From Candidatus Latescibacterota bacterium (GTDB taxonomy: Bacteria > Latescibacterota > UBA2968 > UBA8231): a DNA stretch of 64,000 nucleotides. Under the pieces are notes generated by a model. It searched no databases, was not told the DNA's origin, and worked only from the letters and a program-made list of their open reading frames with translations. The translations under genes and the position numbers were made by a program. Where the stretch lies: assembly GCA_965217585.1 (NCBI GenBank), contig OZ244561.1, positions 1,344,001 through 1,408,000 of the forward strand, written 5' to 3'. Below, in pieces: positions 17,306-27,335 of this stretch; position 1 is the stretch's first letter; each line of letters starts with the position of its first letter.

Positions 17306-18268
17306 CTACAAAGCCCCCCGATGCCCCCTGCGAATGGCCTCGCACAAGCGCATGGTATGCACGGCATCGTCCAAGTTCGACCACGGCGTGCGGTCCTCCA
17401 GAATGCAATCGACAAAGTGGACGACCTCGTTGAAGCCGGCCCCGCCCATTGCTTCGATCTCCTCGGCTTCTACGGTAAAGGGCTCCCTCTTGTCATAGCC
17501 CTCCACCTGCGGCCCCCGAGTCATATTCAGATAGATCGACAAATCCTCGCCGTGTACCTCGGCCCGCTGAATGCGGTAACCCACACCGTAGTGGCTCATC
17601 ATGGTGCCGAAAGTGCCCGTATCGAAACGCACCACGGCGTTGTGCCGGTGGCACCCAGGCCGCTCGCCGTCTTGCACCATCCCTTGCACCTCCACCGGAA
17701 TAGCCGCTTGCTCGGCGCTGGGGCCAGCCAGCCAGCGCAGCAGATCGACGTGGTGAATGGCGTCGCATATCACCGGATCGGGCGCCACCGGCCCCAACAG
17801 AGTCACCGGCTTATTGTACGTGGCGGCGCAATGCACCGCGCCCCCAGCCGCCTCGATGCGCTGCCGCACGGCTAGCACTTGAGGAAAGTAACGCCGATTA
17901 AAAGACACCAGCGCCTTGCCTTGGCTCTGCTGGGCCGCTTGGGCCATTTGTGCGGTCTCGGCCGCGGTCATGCCCGGCGCTTTCTCCACGGAGGTGTGCA
18001 GCCCGCGCTCCAAGCAATCGACCACGATGGGAAGCAAGTGGCCGGGCATGGTGACCACATGCACGACCTCCGGCTGGCAGACATCGAGCATCTCCCGGTA
18101 GTCGGCAAAGGCGTGTTCCGGCCCCCATTCGCCTTGGTTTTTGCGCCGCCGCTCTTCGTCGAGCTCGGCAATGCCCACCAAGCGCAGGCGCAGCTCGGCG
18201 GCAATCATGCGGAAGTGCGACTGAGCGTGGCCGCCGCAGCCGATGACCGCTACTTTTAAATCTGCCAT
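17306..18268 (-). CDS. Gfo/Idh/MocA oxidoreductase (island target gene)
   Basis: VAVIGCGGHA, VEKAP, FNRRY, DAIHHVD. Confidence 0.9.
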   Translation of the reverse strand: MADLKVAVIGCGGHAQSHFRMIAAELRLRLVGIAELDEERRRKNQGEWGPEHAFADYREMLDVCQPEVVHVVTMPGHLLPIVVDCLERGLHTSVEKAPGMTAAETAQMAQAAQQSQGKALVSFNRRYFPQVLAVRQRIEAAGGAVHCAATYNKPVTLLGPVAPDPVICDAIHHVDLLRWLAGPSAEQAAIPVEVQGMVQDGERPGCHRHNAVVRFDTGTFGTMMSHYGVGYRIQRAEVHGEDLSIYLNMTRGPQVEGYDKREPFTVEAEEIEAMGGAGFNEVVHFVDCILEDRTPWSNLDDAVHTMRLCEAIRRGHRGAL

Positions 18269-18363
18269 AGGGCTTCCTTTCCAAGGGGTTGATTACTAAA
18301 GCCTAAAAATAATTGCCAATATACAGTGCTGCTTACTCCTATGCTCGTTCTTCGTTGACAAAT

Positions 18364-18392
18364 TTGACAGGGGATTGTAGGGCCAGTATAGT
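18364..18392 (+). promoter_or_regulatory. Sigma70-type promoter
   Basis: TTGACA-17 nt-TATAGT upstream of the 18431 ORF. Confidence 0.7.
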
Positions 18393-18430
18393 GTTTCAAC
18401 TCGGTTCACAATATTCCAAAGGATCTTCTC

Positions 18431-19048
18431 ATGCGCGTCATTGCCGTTGGCTGCGAATACTCAGGCGTTAGCACCCTCATCGCGCAGGTGCATCAATGGG
18501 GGCTGAGTCGCGGAATTAGCCACCATCTCGACGATCATTTTACCATCCCCGACGCCTATCACCTCAGCGACGAGGAGCAGCTAGCCATGCTGGCCATGCT
18601 GCCGGCCATCAAGGAGCGCTTCCAGCGCTTCCAGATCGTCTATCACGTGCGCTTGCTGCACCGCTATCGAGACATCTTGTTGGGTGGTTTCCACATAGAG
18701 GAAAAGGTGTACGGCCCCAAATACTACTACCCGGACATCGACATCGACATCCGCGAATACGAGCCAGACATGCCCGATGACACCATACTCGTCCACCTGG
18801 ACGCCGCGCCCGCAACAATCCGCGCCCGCATGGCCGCAGCCCCACATCCGCACTCATTGGTCCCCACCGAAGACGTTCCAGAAATACTAGATCGTTTCCA
18901 GCAAGAGGTGCGGGCCTCTTGGATCCGCCGCAAATTCGCCATTGATACCACCGACCTAACGCCTATCCAACTCCTCGAAACCTTCCTCAACCGCTCCATC
19001 CCCCACCTCAATCCCGGCGACGCCGCCACGCGGCTTTTGACCCGCTAG
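18431..19048 (+). CDS. NMP-kinase-like P-loop fold protein
   Basis: N-terminal GCEYSGVST, ILVHLDA...IRARM lid-like motif, IDTT C-terminus. Confidence 0.65.
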   Translation: MRVIAVGCEYSGVSTLIAQVHQWGLSRGISHHLDDHFTIPDAYHLSDEEQLAMLAMLPAIKERFQRFQIVYHVRLLHRYRDILLGGFHIEEKVYGPKYYYPDIDIDIREYEPDMPDDTILVHLDAAPATIRARMAAAPHPHSLVPTEDVPEILDRFQQEVRASWIRRKFAIDTTDLTPIQLLETFLNRSIPHLNPGDAATRLLTR

Positions 19049-19066
19049 CCTGACATAGCTTCTACC

Positions 19067-19267
19067 ATGACTAATCGCAACACGCAAAGGACGGAAATGG
19101 TAGATTCGAGAAGGGACTTTTTTAGCAAGGCGAACAACCTCACGCTCGGTACGGCGACTACCGTACCGCCGGGTTATCCCGGAGCGGTGCACATTTGTCC
19201 GAACATATACACGACACCCTATGAACTGGATCTATTCGTCGCCGCGATGAAAGAACTGGCCGCCTAG
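19067..19267 (+). pseudogene. Relic of a Tat-exported class V aminotransferase-like gene (N- and C-termini only)
   Basis: SRRDFF twin-arginine motif joined directly to GAVHICPNIYTTPYELDLFVAAMKELA. Confidence 0.55.
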
Positions 19268-19280
19268 TCCCCTTTCTGCG

Positions 19281-20705
19281 CTACATTAGCTCCGCCGTCC
19301 AATACGCCTGCGGGTCTCTCGCGCTATTGCCCACGCGCCGCACCAAGCCCCGGGATGTCAATGCGTACAGATTCCTCAACACCACCGGACGCGAATAGCC
19401 AGTCAACGCCACCAACTCGCCGGTCCTCAACCGGCCAACCAGCGCGATCTGCTCAAATAAATGGCGCGCGGCCTCGGGCATCCCTCGCAGTTCATCCGGC
19501 TGGACCATCGCACCGGACAGCGCTATTTCGACGCCGCCCGCCATCTGCCTGACCACCGGACGCTGCCGCCCACTCGCTTCCATCACGGCCACCATGCGGC
19601 GCAACCCTTCCCCCAATTCCTGACCATACGACAAGTCGGTCATCACCCGCGCAATGCGGGGGTTGCGAGCAAACCGCCGCACCTCCAGCAAGTCGCCTAG
19701 GGCAGTTATTCCGGGGAATCGGCCCGGACTCGACACCTCGACCTTATCGTCGAACACCGCTAACCGGATGTGGTCGCCGAAGTTGCTGTACGCGCGATGG
19801 ATGACCGCGTTCACTAGTGCTTCCAGCCAAACTTCTTCCGGCACGATGCCAAACCAGCCAAAACGTCCATCCGGCCCCAAAGACCTGCGCTTGGGCATTG
19901 CCTCGCGCATGGCCTGACGCGCCGCGTCGATCTGCTGCGGCAACCGCCCCGCGCAGCGGATGTCGCTGATCAGATTCTGCTCGCTGCCCGTGCGCCGCTC
20001 GCGCCCGGCGTATTTCAGCACCCTGACAAAGGCCTGGGGGAACGCCCTTTGCGGATCGGCCGCAAACAGCAATGCACCCGCCGTGCGCATTTCACCATCT
20101 GGCCCGACCAAATCTCGCGCCTGCAACAGCCGCTGCGGATCCGGATGCCCCACCTGTTCGGCGTAGGCGGCTACGCTGTCTGCGTCGAGTGGAGAAGGCC
20201 CGTACGTACTTGCGGGCGTAATTTCAAAACTGGTATCCCCTCGGTCGTATTGAAATTCAATGCGCTGCTCAAAGGACAACCGGCGGTTTTCATCGCCGGT
20301 GCGCAGGAAAACCTCGTCGCGGGTCGTGCTATGCACCTGACTGCTCGGAGGTATGGCTATCAACAGCGCGTGGTCCGCCGCGCACCGGGCATTGATGCAC
20401 TGCAACAGGATCGGCTCAAAGCGCACCGGCGGCAGCGTCAAATTAACCCCGGCCTGCCGCCACTCATTCTGCGCCTGCGGGCGGTCGTCAATCCCCTCAC
20501 AAGTGCCGGCGCGAAAGCCGACGACAATAACTCCACCCTCGGCATTCGCCATTGCCACCAGCGTTTCGGCCAAGCTACGGGCTGAAATACGCGCACTTTT
20601 GCGGTCAAACCATTGCCCTTCCGGCTCGGCCAACAGAAGCTCAGTTACTGCATCCGGCGGCATGGCTAACAGATTCTCAATCGGCGGCAACATACTTGGT
20701 CGCAT
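19281..20705 (-). CDS. Schlafen/AlbA_2 + HATPase_c_4 + wHTH protein (RecG-C-like ATP-binding protein)
   Basis: EGQWFDRKS, AMANAEGG; EALVNAVIHRAY, SPG, RNPRIA, ELGEG; C-terminal wHTH. Confidence 0.85.
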   Translation of the reverse strand: MRPSMLPPIENLLAMPPDAVTELLLAEPEGQWFDRKSARISARSLAETLVAMANAEGGVIVVGFRAGTCEGIDDRPQAQNEWRQAGVNLTLPPVRFEPILLQCINARCAADHALLIAIPPSSQVHSTTRDEVFLRTGDENRRLSFEQRIEFQYDRGDTSFEITPASTYGPSPLDADSVAAYAEQVGHPDPQRLLQARDLVGPDGEMRTAGALLFAADPQRAFPQAFVRVLKYAGRERRTGSEQNLISDIRCAGRLPQQIDAARQAMREAMPKRRSLGPDGRFGWFGIVPEEVWLEALVNAVIHRAYSNFGDHIRLAVFDDKVEVSSPGRFPGITALGDLLEVRRFARNPRIARVMTDLSYGQELGEGLRRMVAVMEASGRQRPVVRQMAGGVEIALSGAMVQPDELRGMPEAARHLFEQIALVGRLRTGELVALTGYSRPVVLRNLYALTSRGLVRRVGNSARDPQAYWTAELM

Positions 20706-20834
20706 GGATAAGGCGGTTGACGAAGGCGAAACATTTCAGGGCGGGGCCTCTATAGGCCGTAAATTTGTGCTGACGACGCCCCCTAGATGCGCGGGCGTCC
20801 CTACGTAATCTCCATTTTGAACATTACTATATCA

Positions 20835-20855
20835 TACTATAAATAATTTATAGTA
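20835..20855. promoter_or_regulatory. AT-rich perfect palindrome, putative operator
   Basis: TACTATAAAT-A-ATTTATAGTA upstream of the AlbA_2 gene. Confidence 0.55.
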
Positions 20856-20864
20856 AAAAGTCCC

Positions 20865-22064
20865 CTATTCCCCCCTCGCCCCCGCCTCCAACCCCCGGGC
20901 GATATCCAAATTTTCGCGGAAGCCTTGGTCATCCGGGGCCAAGCGCACCGCGCTGGCAAAAGCCGCGGCTGCGGCCGCAAAGTCCCGGCGCATCAGGTGC
21001 AGGTTGCCGAGGCTATTGTACGCGTTGGCGTGGGTCGAATCCGCGGCGAGCGCTTGGGCAAAAAGCCGCTGGGCCGCAGCGAATCGCTCCTCGCGCAAAT
21101 AGATGTTGCCCAAGTTCACATAGGCCGCCGCAAAGCTCGAGTCGAGCGCGAGAGCACGGCGGTAGCGCGCCGCGGCCTTGGCAAATTGGCGACGCTGGCC
21201 ATAGAGCACTCCCAAGTCGTAGTGGCGGCGCGCGTCCTCGGCCTCGCTCAAGAGCGTAAACTCCAAACTCTTGACCATCTTTTCCTCTTCTTCGAGGCGC
21301 GCAAATCGCTCCAATACCTCGCGGCCCTTTTGCCGCTTGCCTAAGCGCATATAAACCTGCCCCAAGTCGTAGTGGGGGCGCGCCCAAAACGGGCGCAGCG
21401 CGACGGCCCGCAGCAAAAGATCCTCGGCCTCCTCATAGCGCTGCTCCTCCACATAGAGGGCACCCAAGCCCGCGTACGCACCCGCTTGGGTCGTGTCCGT
21501 GCGAATCGCCTGGGCAAACGCCGTTTTCGCCGCTTCGCGCTCGCCGCGCTTGACGTGGACTTGGCCGAGATGGTACCAAAGTTCATAGTGCGTCGAATCC
21601 ACTTGCAAGGCGCGCTCGTACAGGGCGGCGGCCTCTTGGTATGCGCCCTGCCGGATGTGCAGCAGGCCCAAGGCATTGTAGGCGGAAATGTACCCGGGGT
21701 CGCTTTCCAATGCCTTGCGGAGCGGCGCGTAGGCCGCCTCGTACTTTTTTTGCCGGATGTACACAGCGCCGAGCTGGTAATACGCGTCCGCATAGTCGGG
21801 CTTGAGTGCTATGGCTTTTTGGTACGCGGCCTCAGCTTGGTCGAGGGCATCGGTCAGAAAATAGGCATTGGCCAGATTGTAATGGACTTGGGGCGCGTCG
21901 GGCATCTGCGCGGCCGCTTGCTTGTACGCGGCAATGGCTGCGTGGAAACGCCCGCGTTGAGCGTGCTCAAGCCCCTGCTGGAAATACGCGCGCCCGGTAG
22001 CCGAGGGCGGCTCCGGCTCTTGGCAGCCGATGAGCAGCAGCGCTAGGCACGAGGCCCTAATCAT
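20865..22064 (-). CDS. TPR-repeat lipoprotein
   Basis: LLLIGC lipobox; tandem TPRs. Confidence 0.9.
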   Translation of the reverse strand: MIRASCLALLLIGCQEPEPPSATGRAYFQQGLEHAQRGRFHAAIAAYKQAAAQMPDAPQVHYNLANAYFLTDALDQAEAAYQKAIALKPDYADAYYQLGAVYIRQKKYEAAYAPLRKALESDPGYISAYNALGLLHIRQGAYQEAAALYERALQVDSTHYELWYHLGQVHVKRGEREAAKTAFAQAIRTDTTQAGAYAGLGALYVEEQRYEEAEDLLLRAVALRPFWARPHYDLGQVYMRLGKRQKGREVLERFARLEEEEKMVKSLEFTLLSEAEDARRHYDLGVLYGQRRQFAKAAARYRRALALDSSFAAAYVNLGNIYLREERFAAAQRLFAQALAADSTHANAYNSLGNLHLMRRDFAAAAAAFASAVRLAPDDQGFRENLDIARGLEAGARGE

Positions 22065-23647
22065 CGCGGTTCCTCCGCGATCAACACTTGTCCGGCCAGC
22101 ACTCCATCGAGCCGCTGCACCTTGCCGCTAGGCCAGCGAATCTCCACTTCGTCGGCCTGCGCGCTGGCACCGAGACCAAAAAAGACGCGCGGATCGTGGC
22201 TCGACAGATAGCTGCCGCCGCGGCGCACCTCCCGCACTTGCACCCGAGGCCCGGTGCGCACGCGGATGCGAGCGCCAACGCCGTCGCGGTTGCTCTCCAC
22301 GCCTACCGTGCGGACGGCCAAGTAGTTGCGCTCGCCGCCCATGTCGTTGCGCAGGAGCGAAGGGCGCGCATTGATGTGGGCCACTGCAATATCGAGGTCA
22401 CCGTCGTTGTCGCAATCGCCCAAGGCCATCCCCCGGCTCGACTGCACAGCACCAAGCCCGGCCGCGGCGCTGACCTCGGCAAACCCAGCCGCGCCGTCGT
22501 TTCTGAACAATTGATTGGGCTGCGCGTACGTGGTCTCGGCGAAAAATTCTACGTTGTCGTCGATGTGACCATTGGCCACGAAGAGATCCTCATCGCCGTC
22601 GAGATCCCAGTCGAAGAAAGCCGTGCCCCAAGCCAAGTACGCCAGCGAAGGCTTGCCCAGTTTGGCGTCCGTCGTCCGGTCGCGGAAAAACCCCTCGCCC
22701 TCGTTGTGGTACAAGGTATTGGTCTCCAAGTAAAAATTGGTCACGAAAAAATCAAAGGCCCCGTCGTTGTCATAGTCGCCCGCGGCCACGCCCATGCCGG
22801 CTTCGGATTGTCCCTGTCTATTGTGGGAAACTCCGGCGATTAAACCCACTTCCGCGAAATGGCCGCCCTCGTTTTGGTAGAGCAAATTGGGCGTGCCATC
22901 GCCTGCGACAAACAGGTCGAGGTCGCCGTCGAGATCCCAATCGGAAAAAACCGCGCCTAACTCCCGCGCCTGGCCTAGAGCAAGACCCACTTCCGCACCG
23001 ACCTCGGCGAAGCGACCGCCGTCGTTGCGGTAGAAAGCATCCGCTTCGGGCGCATAGGTCCACGGTGCGCAATAGACCCGGACGCTATCTTGGCGAAAAC
23101 AAGCGCGGTCTGAGTCGGCGCGGAAGTCCAGATAATTGGCCACATACAAGTCCAAGTCGCCGTCGAGATCCCAGTCGCCGAAAGCCGCGCCCGTGCCGAA
23201 GCCCTCGTCGCCCACGCCGGCTGTGGCCGTGACATCGGCAAAGCGGCCATCGCCGCGATTGCGGTAGAAGATGTTCGCGCCGTAGCAGGTAATGTACAAG
23301 TCTGCATCACCGTCGTTGTCGTAGTCAGCGGCCACCACACCCATGCCGCACCCGGAATTTTCCACGCCGGCCGCTTGCGTCCGCTCGGCAAAACGGCCAT
23401 TTCCTTCGTTGTGGTAGAGCGCGGCTGGGGCGGCGACATTGACCCAATACAGGTCGAGCCAGCCGTCGTCGTCATAGTCAAAAAAGGCCACGCCCGACCC
23501 CATCGTCTCGGGCAACTGCTTCTGCCCCCTAGCCCCGTTGCGGTGCTCGAATTCAATGCCAGCAGCCGCGGCCACATCCACGTACCGAGGTTGAGCGACC
23601 GAGCCTCCTGCCCACAGGCCAATCAGCAGCGTAAAAACCCAGCGCAT
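22061..23647 (-). CDS. CRTAC1 family protein (FG-GAP repeats + ASPIC/UnbV)
   Basis: Repeated DYDNDGDxDL; [29 protein letters not shown]. Confidence 0.9.
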   Translation of the reverse strand: MRWVFTLLIGLWAGGSVAQPRYVDVAAAAGIEFEHRNGARGQKQLPETMGSGVAFFDYDDDGWLDLYWVNVAAPAALYHNEGNGRFAERTQAAGVENSGCGMGVVAADYDNDGDADLYITCYGANIFYRNRGDGRFADVTATAGVGDEGFGTGAAFGDWDLDGDLDLYVANYLDFRADSDRACFRQDSVRVYCAPWTYAPEADAFYRNDGGRFAEVGAEVGLALGQARELGAVFSDWDLDGDLDLFVAGDGTPNLLYQNEGGHFAEVGLIAGVSHNRQGQSEAGMGVAAGDYDNDGAFDFFVTNFYLETNTLYHNEGEGFFRDRTTDAKLGKPSLAYLAWGTAFFDWDLDGDEDLFVANGHIDDNVEFFAETTYAQPNQLFRNDGAAGFAEVSAAAGLGAVQSSRGMALGDCDNDGDLDIAVAHINARPSLLRNDMGGERNYLAVRTVGVESNRDGVGARIRVRTGPRVQVREVRRGGSYLSSHDPRVFFGLGASAQADEVEIRWPSGKVQRLDGVLAGQVLIAEEPR

Positions 23648-23734
23648 CTGTCCATCCTGTCCATCCATGTATTATTTTAGTCGCCCAAGATACCGACTCG
23701 GCAAACGACCTACAAGGCGGCAGAAAAAGCATCC

Positions 23735-23899
23735 ATGCGTCCAACAAATCCCTATCTGTGGCTCGGTCTGTTGTGGCTAGCTGCCCTAATCGGGGTGAGT
23801 GCCTTTACCTTCCACTACGGAGAGGGGCTGTCCTATTTCAGCACGAATCCGGATGCGTGTGCCAACTGCCACATCATGCGGCCCCAGCTAGATTCCTAA
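23735..23899 (+). pseudogene. nrfH: Cytochrome c nitrite reductase small subunit, truncated
   Basis: [25 protein letters not shown], then TAA; only the first CxxCH remains. Confidence 0.8.
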
Positions 23900-24727
23900 A
23901 AGCCATCGTCCTTTTGGCCTTAGTGGCTTTGGCCAGCGCACTCGTCACCGGGCTGCTGGTCAACATATACGAACGCAAGGCCGAAGCGCGGCGCGGCCCG
24001 GTGCGCCTCGTCGCGGTCGGGGAGGACGACACCGACCCGGCCCATTGGGGCATCAACTGGCCGCGGCAATACGACAGCTATAAGCGCACGGCCGAGGCGA
24101 CTCGCACGCGCTTCGGCGGACACGGCGGCAGCGAGGCCCTGCCAGCGCAGAAGATCGAACGCGACCCCTAGCTTCGGCGGATGTTCCTCGGGTACGCCTT
24201 CTCAATCGACTACCGCGACCGGCGCGGCCACGCCTACATGCTCTACGACCAAGAGCAAACCGAGCGGCAATCCAAGCCCCAGTCCGGCTCCTGCCTGCAC
24301 TGCCACGCCTCCATCATGCCCCTCTACCCACTGGGTGCGCAGCCCTCTGCTGAACATCAACCGCGCCTGTCAGGTCTGCCACTCTTTCTCCGAGGCCGAA
24401 CTCGCCGCCCGCGCCGACGCGATCCAGCAGCGCAATTTCGGCCTCCTGCAACGAGCCGGTGCCGCGCTCATGGATCAACTCGACGCCATGGCCGCGGCCC
24501 GCGCGGCCGGTGCCGAAGACGAGGACCTAGCAGCGGCCCTAGCCCTGCAGCGCAAGGCGCAGTGGCGGCTCGATTTCGTGGCCGCGGAAAATTCCATGGG
24601 CTTTCACGCTCCGCAGGAGGCCGCCCGCATTCTCGGCGAAGCAGCCGATTACGCCCGCCAAGGCCAGATCGCTGCTGTCGAGTGGTTGGTCGAGGCACAA
24701 AAACCTACGCAAAAGGACAAACCCTAG
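23899..24727 (+). pseudogene. nrfA: Ammonia-forming cytochrome c nitrite reductase, nonsense codon plus internal deletion/frameshift
   Basis: [42 protein letters not shown], then a jump to [18 protein letters not shown] ... [12 protein letters not shown]. Confidence 0.9.
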
Positions 24728-24731
24728 TTGC

Positions 24732-25160
24732 ATGGCAACCATACTACCTGTTTCGATCTTACTGATCCTGATCGCCATCGGCGTCCACTACGAGGCGCTC
24801 GCCTTTGGCTCGCGCTGGCTGGGGAAGCTGTCGATTGCCCCGCGCCTCCGAGTGTTGCTCGGCGTGCTCCTCACCCTCTGCGCCCACTTCGTCGAGGTCG
24901 TGCTTTTTGCCGTCGGCTGGTACTACCTACTCGCCATCGACATCGCGACCCTCTCCGGCGTGGTGTCCGGGCCGACCGACATCCTGTATTTCTCGCTGGC
25001 CACGTACACCTCGCTGGGGTACGGCGACATCGCGCCGTTGGGAGCGGCGCGGCTGTTGGCGGGTATTGAATCGCTGATCGGGCTGGGGCTAATTGCGTGG
25101 TCGGCGTCCTTTACGTACCTCGAAATGCAGCGCCACTGGTATGCGCACAACGGGGATTGA
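24732..25160 (+). CDS. Potassium-channel-family (Ion_trans_2) membrane protein
   Basis: [14 protein letters not shown] pore signature. Confidence 0.85.
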   Translation: MATILPVSILLILIAIGVHYEALAFGSRWLGKLSIAPRLRVLLGVLLTLCAHFVEVVLFAVGWYYLLAIDIATLSGVVSGPTDILYFSLATYTSLGYGDIAPLGAARLLAGIESLIGLGLIAWSASFTYLEMQRHWYAHNGD

Positions 25161-25223
25161 GGCAGTTCATAGTTTGAGGGGGCAAATCGAAACTCCTCCA
25201 GTCGCTAATTGGACAGAGCTTTT

Positions 25224-25445
25224 CTAGGCTGCATAGGCGATGACTTCAAGCTCAGCCGCTTCACCCGTCTGCTCAAGTAAGTTCTCAACCTTTTCCATAA
25301 CCGGATCCTCGATAGAGAATTCCGTGCAATTGGTGCATTCCAGCACAGGTAGCTTCTTGATCACGACAATACTAGTCGGCCCAAGGCAGAAGGGAAGGTC
25401 TGAAATGGTCGGCTCTAAGCGTCCTCCACAAACATGGCACTTCAC
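25224..25445 (-). CDS. YgiT/MqsA-type zinc-finger putative antitoxin
   Basis: KCHVCGG ... ECTNCTE; GTG start after GGAGGAG. Confidence 0.8.
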   Translation of the reverse strand: MKCHVCGGRLEPTISDLPFCLGPTSIVVIKKLPVLECTNCTEFSIEDPVMEKVENLLEQTGEAAELEVIAYAA

Positions 25446-25638
25446 GATGATCTCCTCCGTGTTTTTGAGTCTGATAACCATTCTAGTTCACTCGGTGTAC
25501 ACGTTCAAGAAGTCCGCAGATCGCGGACAACCATTTGACTGCATCATAGGCAGTCTGGCGCAGGGCTGGCTTTGAGCCATGGGTATCTCCCATCGCACGG
25601 CGGAGTATTTGGAGGGCGTGTGCTCCTGAGATAATGGC
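25442..25638 (-). pseudogene. Fragments: DUF4258-like toxin tail and Abi_C-like C-terminus
   Basis: Minus frames read ..PSELEWLSDSKTRRRSS* (overlapping the antitoxin start) and ..LRRAMGDTHGSKPALRQTAYDAVKW..*. Confidence 0.4.
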
Positions 25639-25730
25639 ATGGTGTTCCTACTATGGTATTAGCTCACTAGTCCTGTCTCAATTTCCTGAATCGTGCCCTC
25701 CTTGCACTTCGGGCAGATTCTGAGTGCATC

Positions 25731-27335
25731 CTACGGCTCCTCCCGATGCTCAGGCACATTCGCCACCTCAAACGCCGCGACGTTACGGCTCTCCCGGCTG
25801 AACTCCACCGCGATTAGGTGGATCGGCTCGCCCCGGGCGCGGTACTTGTCTGCGTACCGCCGGTCCTTCAATTGCGCCATCGCCACGCCCTCGGGCACCA
25901 ACTCCACCACTTTGAATTCGAATAGGTACACGTTGCTATTGAACAACACCGCCATGTCCAGACGACCGTGGCTGCTGCTGTCCTCCACAACGATGTCCAA
26001 TCCCACCGACGCGAAGTAGGAGTAGAACACGCTGGCGTAATAGCCTTCATAGTTCGCTATGTCATTTTTGGTGTGCCACTGGTAGGGAATGCTGGCGAAG
26101 AACGCCTTGAACAGGCTCTCCATACCGGCGAAGTCGTTGGCTAGCAACAGGTCGTACAGCAGGGCACTGTGCTCCGCCTGCCGTCCCGGGCTTCCGGTCA
26201 AGTGGTTCAGTAAACTTTCGTTCAGGCTCTGGCGCACTTCCTGGTTCGGGTAGCTCAGACGGTAGTAGATCCTGCTGCCGCGCGGTTCGGTACGGCGAAT
26301 GGTGAGGTAGCCGGTCTGGAACAGCAGGGCTTCGGTGGCGATGTGGTCAACGTCGAAGGATGACAGCAAGTCGTCGCTGCCCAGCATGTTGTCCAAGCTC
26401 AACGCACCGACTCCGCGCGAGATCAGCGTCTCAACCAAGAACGTCGGCGTACCCGTCTCGAACCACCACGCGCCGAAACGGCGGCTGTCGAAGAGCAGGA
26501 GAATGTCGAACGGATTGTAAACCTTCTCCTCTCCCAGCCAGCTATAGCCGTTGTACCAGCGGCGTATCTCGTCCCGGTCCAAGCCGGGAAGTTCCGGCGC
26601 GAACACCGTGTCCAAATCCACATCAGTGTAGCCGCAGATGGCTGAGTAGCGAGGATCCAGCGTGACGTCCTTGAGATTATTGAGGCCGGAAAAGAGGCTG
26701 ACCTTGGAGAATTTGCTCACCCCGGTGAGAAACGTGAACTTGATGTGCGCGTCGCTATCCTTGATCGTCGCGTACAGGCCGCGCAGAAAGTCGCGGTTGG
26801 CGCGTGCGACCTCTGGCACCTCGAGCGCGTCCAGAATCGGCTTATCGTACTCGTCGATCAGCACCGCCACCGGCTGTCCGGTACGCTCGCGCAGTACCTC
26901 AATCAGATAGGCAAAACGCTCGGGTGCGCTGGCGTATTCGGACTTCACATCCTCCCGCCGTTCAACCGCGTCCAGTTGCGCCATTAGATTCGTATGCAGG
27001 TAGCCCGGCTCTTTGAAATTACCGCTGCCAAAGCTCAAGCGCACCACCGGATGGCGAACCGACCAGTCCCAACGGTCGTGGATGTGAAGTCCCTCGAATA
27101 GCGGTTCGTTGCCCTCGAACAGTTCTTTCAACGTGTCCAGAAACAGGCTTTTGCCAAAGCGCCGCGGGCGCGATAGAAAATAATGCTTGCCCTCGTCTAT
27201 CATCCGACGAATGTAAGCGGTCTTATCCACGTAGTAGCAGTTCTCCTCGCGAATCTCACGGAAGGTCTGAATGCCGATGGGCAGCTTGCATCTATCTGTG
27301 CGCTCCGCCGGTATGTTCGGACGCGGATTGCTCAT
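25731..27335 (-). CDS. AAA-ATPase-like + PD-(D/E)XK (PDDEXK_9-type) nuclease
   Basis: LPIGIQTF, YYVDKT, SRPRRFGKS, LIDEYDKP; EGYY, GRLDM, FEFK. Confidence 0.9.
   Translation of the reverse strand: MSNPRPNIPAERTDRCKLPIGIQTFREIREENCYYVDKTAYIRRMIDEGKHYFLSRPRRFGKSLFLDTLKELFEGNEPLFEGLHIHDRWDWSVRHPVVRLSFGSGNFKEPGYLHTNLMAQLDAVERREDVKSEYASAPERFAYLIEVLRERTGQPVAVLIDEYDKPILDALEVPEVARANRDFLRGLYATIKDSDAHIKFTFLTGVSKFSKVSLFSGLNNLKDVTLDPRYSAICGYTDVDLDTVFAPELPGLDRDEIRRWYNGYSWLGEEKVYNPFDILLLFDSRRFGAWWFETGTPTFLVETLISRGVGALSLDNMLGSDDLLSSFDVDHIATEALLFQTGYLTIRRTEPRGSRIYYRLSYPNQEVRQSLNESLLNHLTGSPGRQAEHSALLYDLLLANDFAGMESLFKAFFASIPYQWHTKNDIANYEGYYASVFYSYFASVGLDIVVEDSSSHGRLDMAVLFNSNVYLFEFKVVELVPEGVAMAQLKDRRYADKYRARGEPIHLIAVEFSRESRNVAAFEVANVPEHREEP

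Larger units (their letters stand above)
12287..17442. mobile_element. Genomic islet inserted in the 3' end of a Gfo/Idh/MocA gene; no integrase
   Basis: Flanked by 137-bp direct repeats 5019 bp apart; cargo of TA and nuclease genes, part of it lower in GC. Confidence 0.7.
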
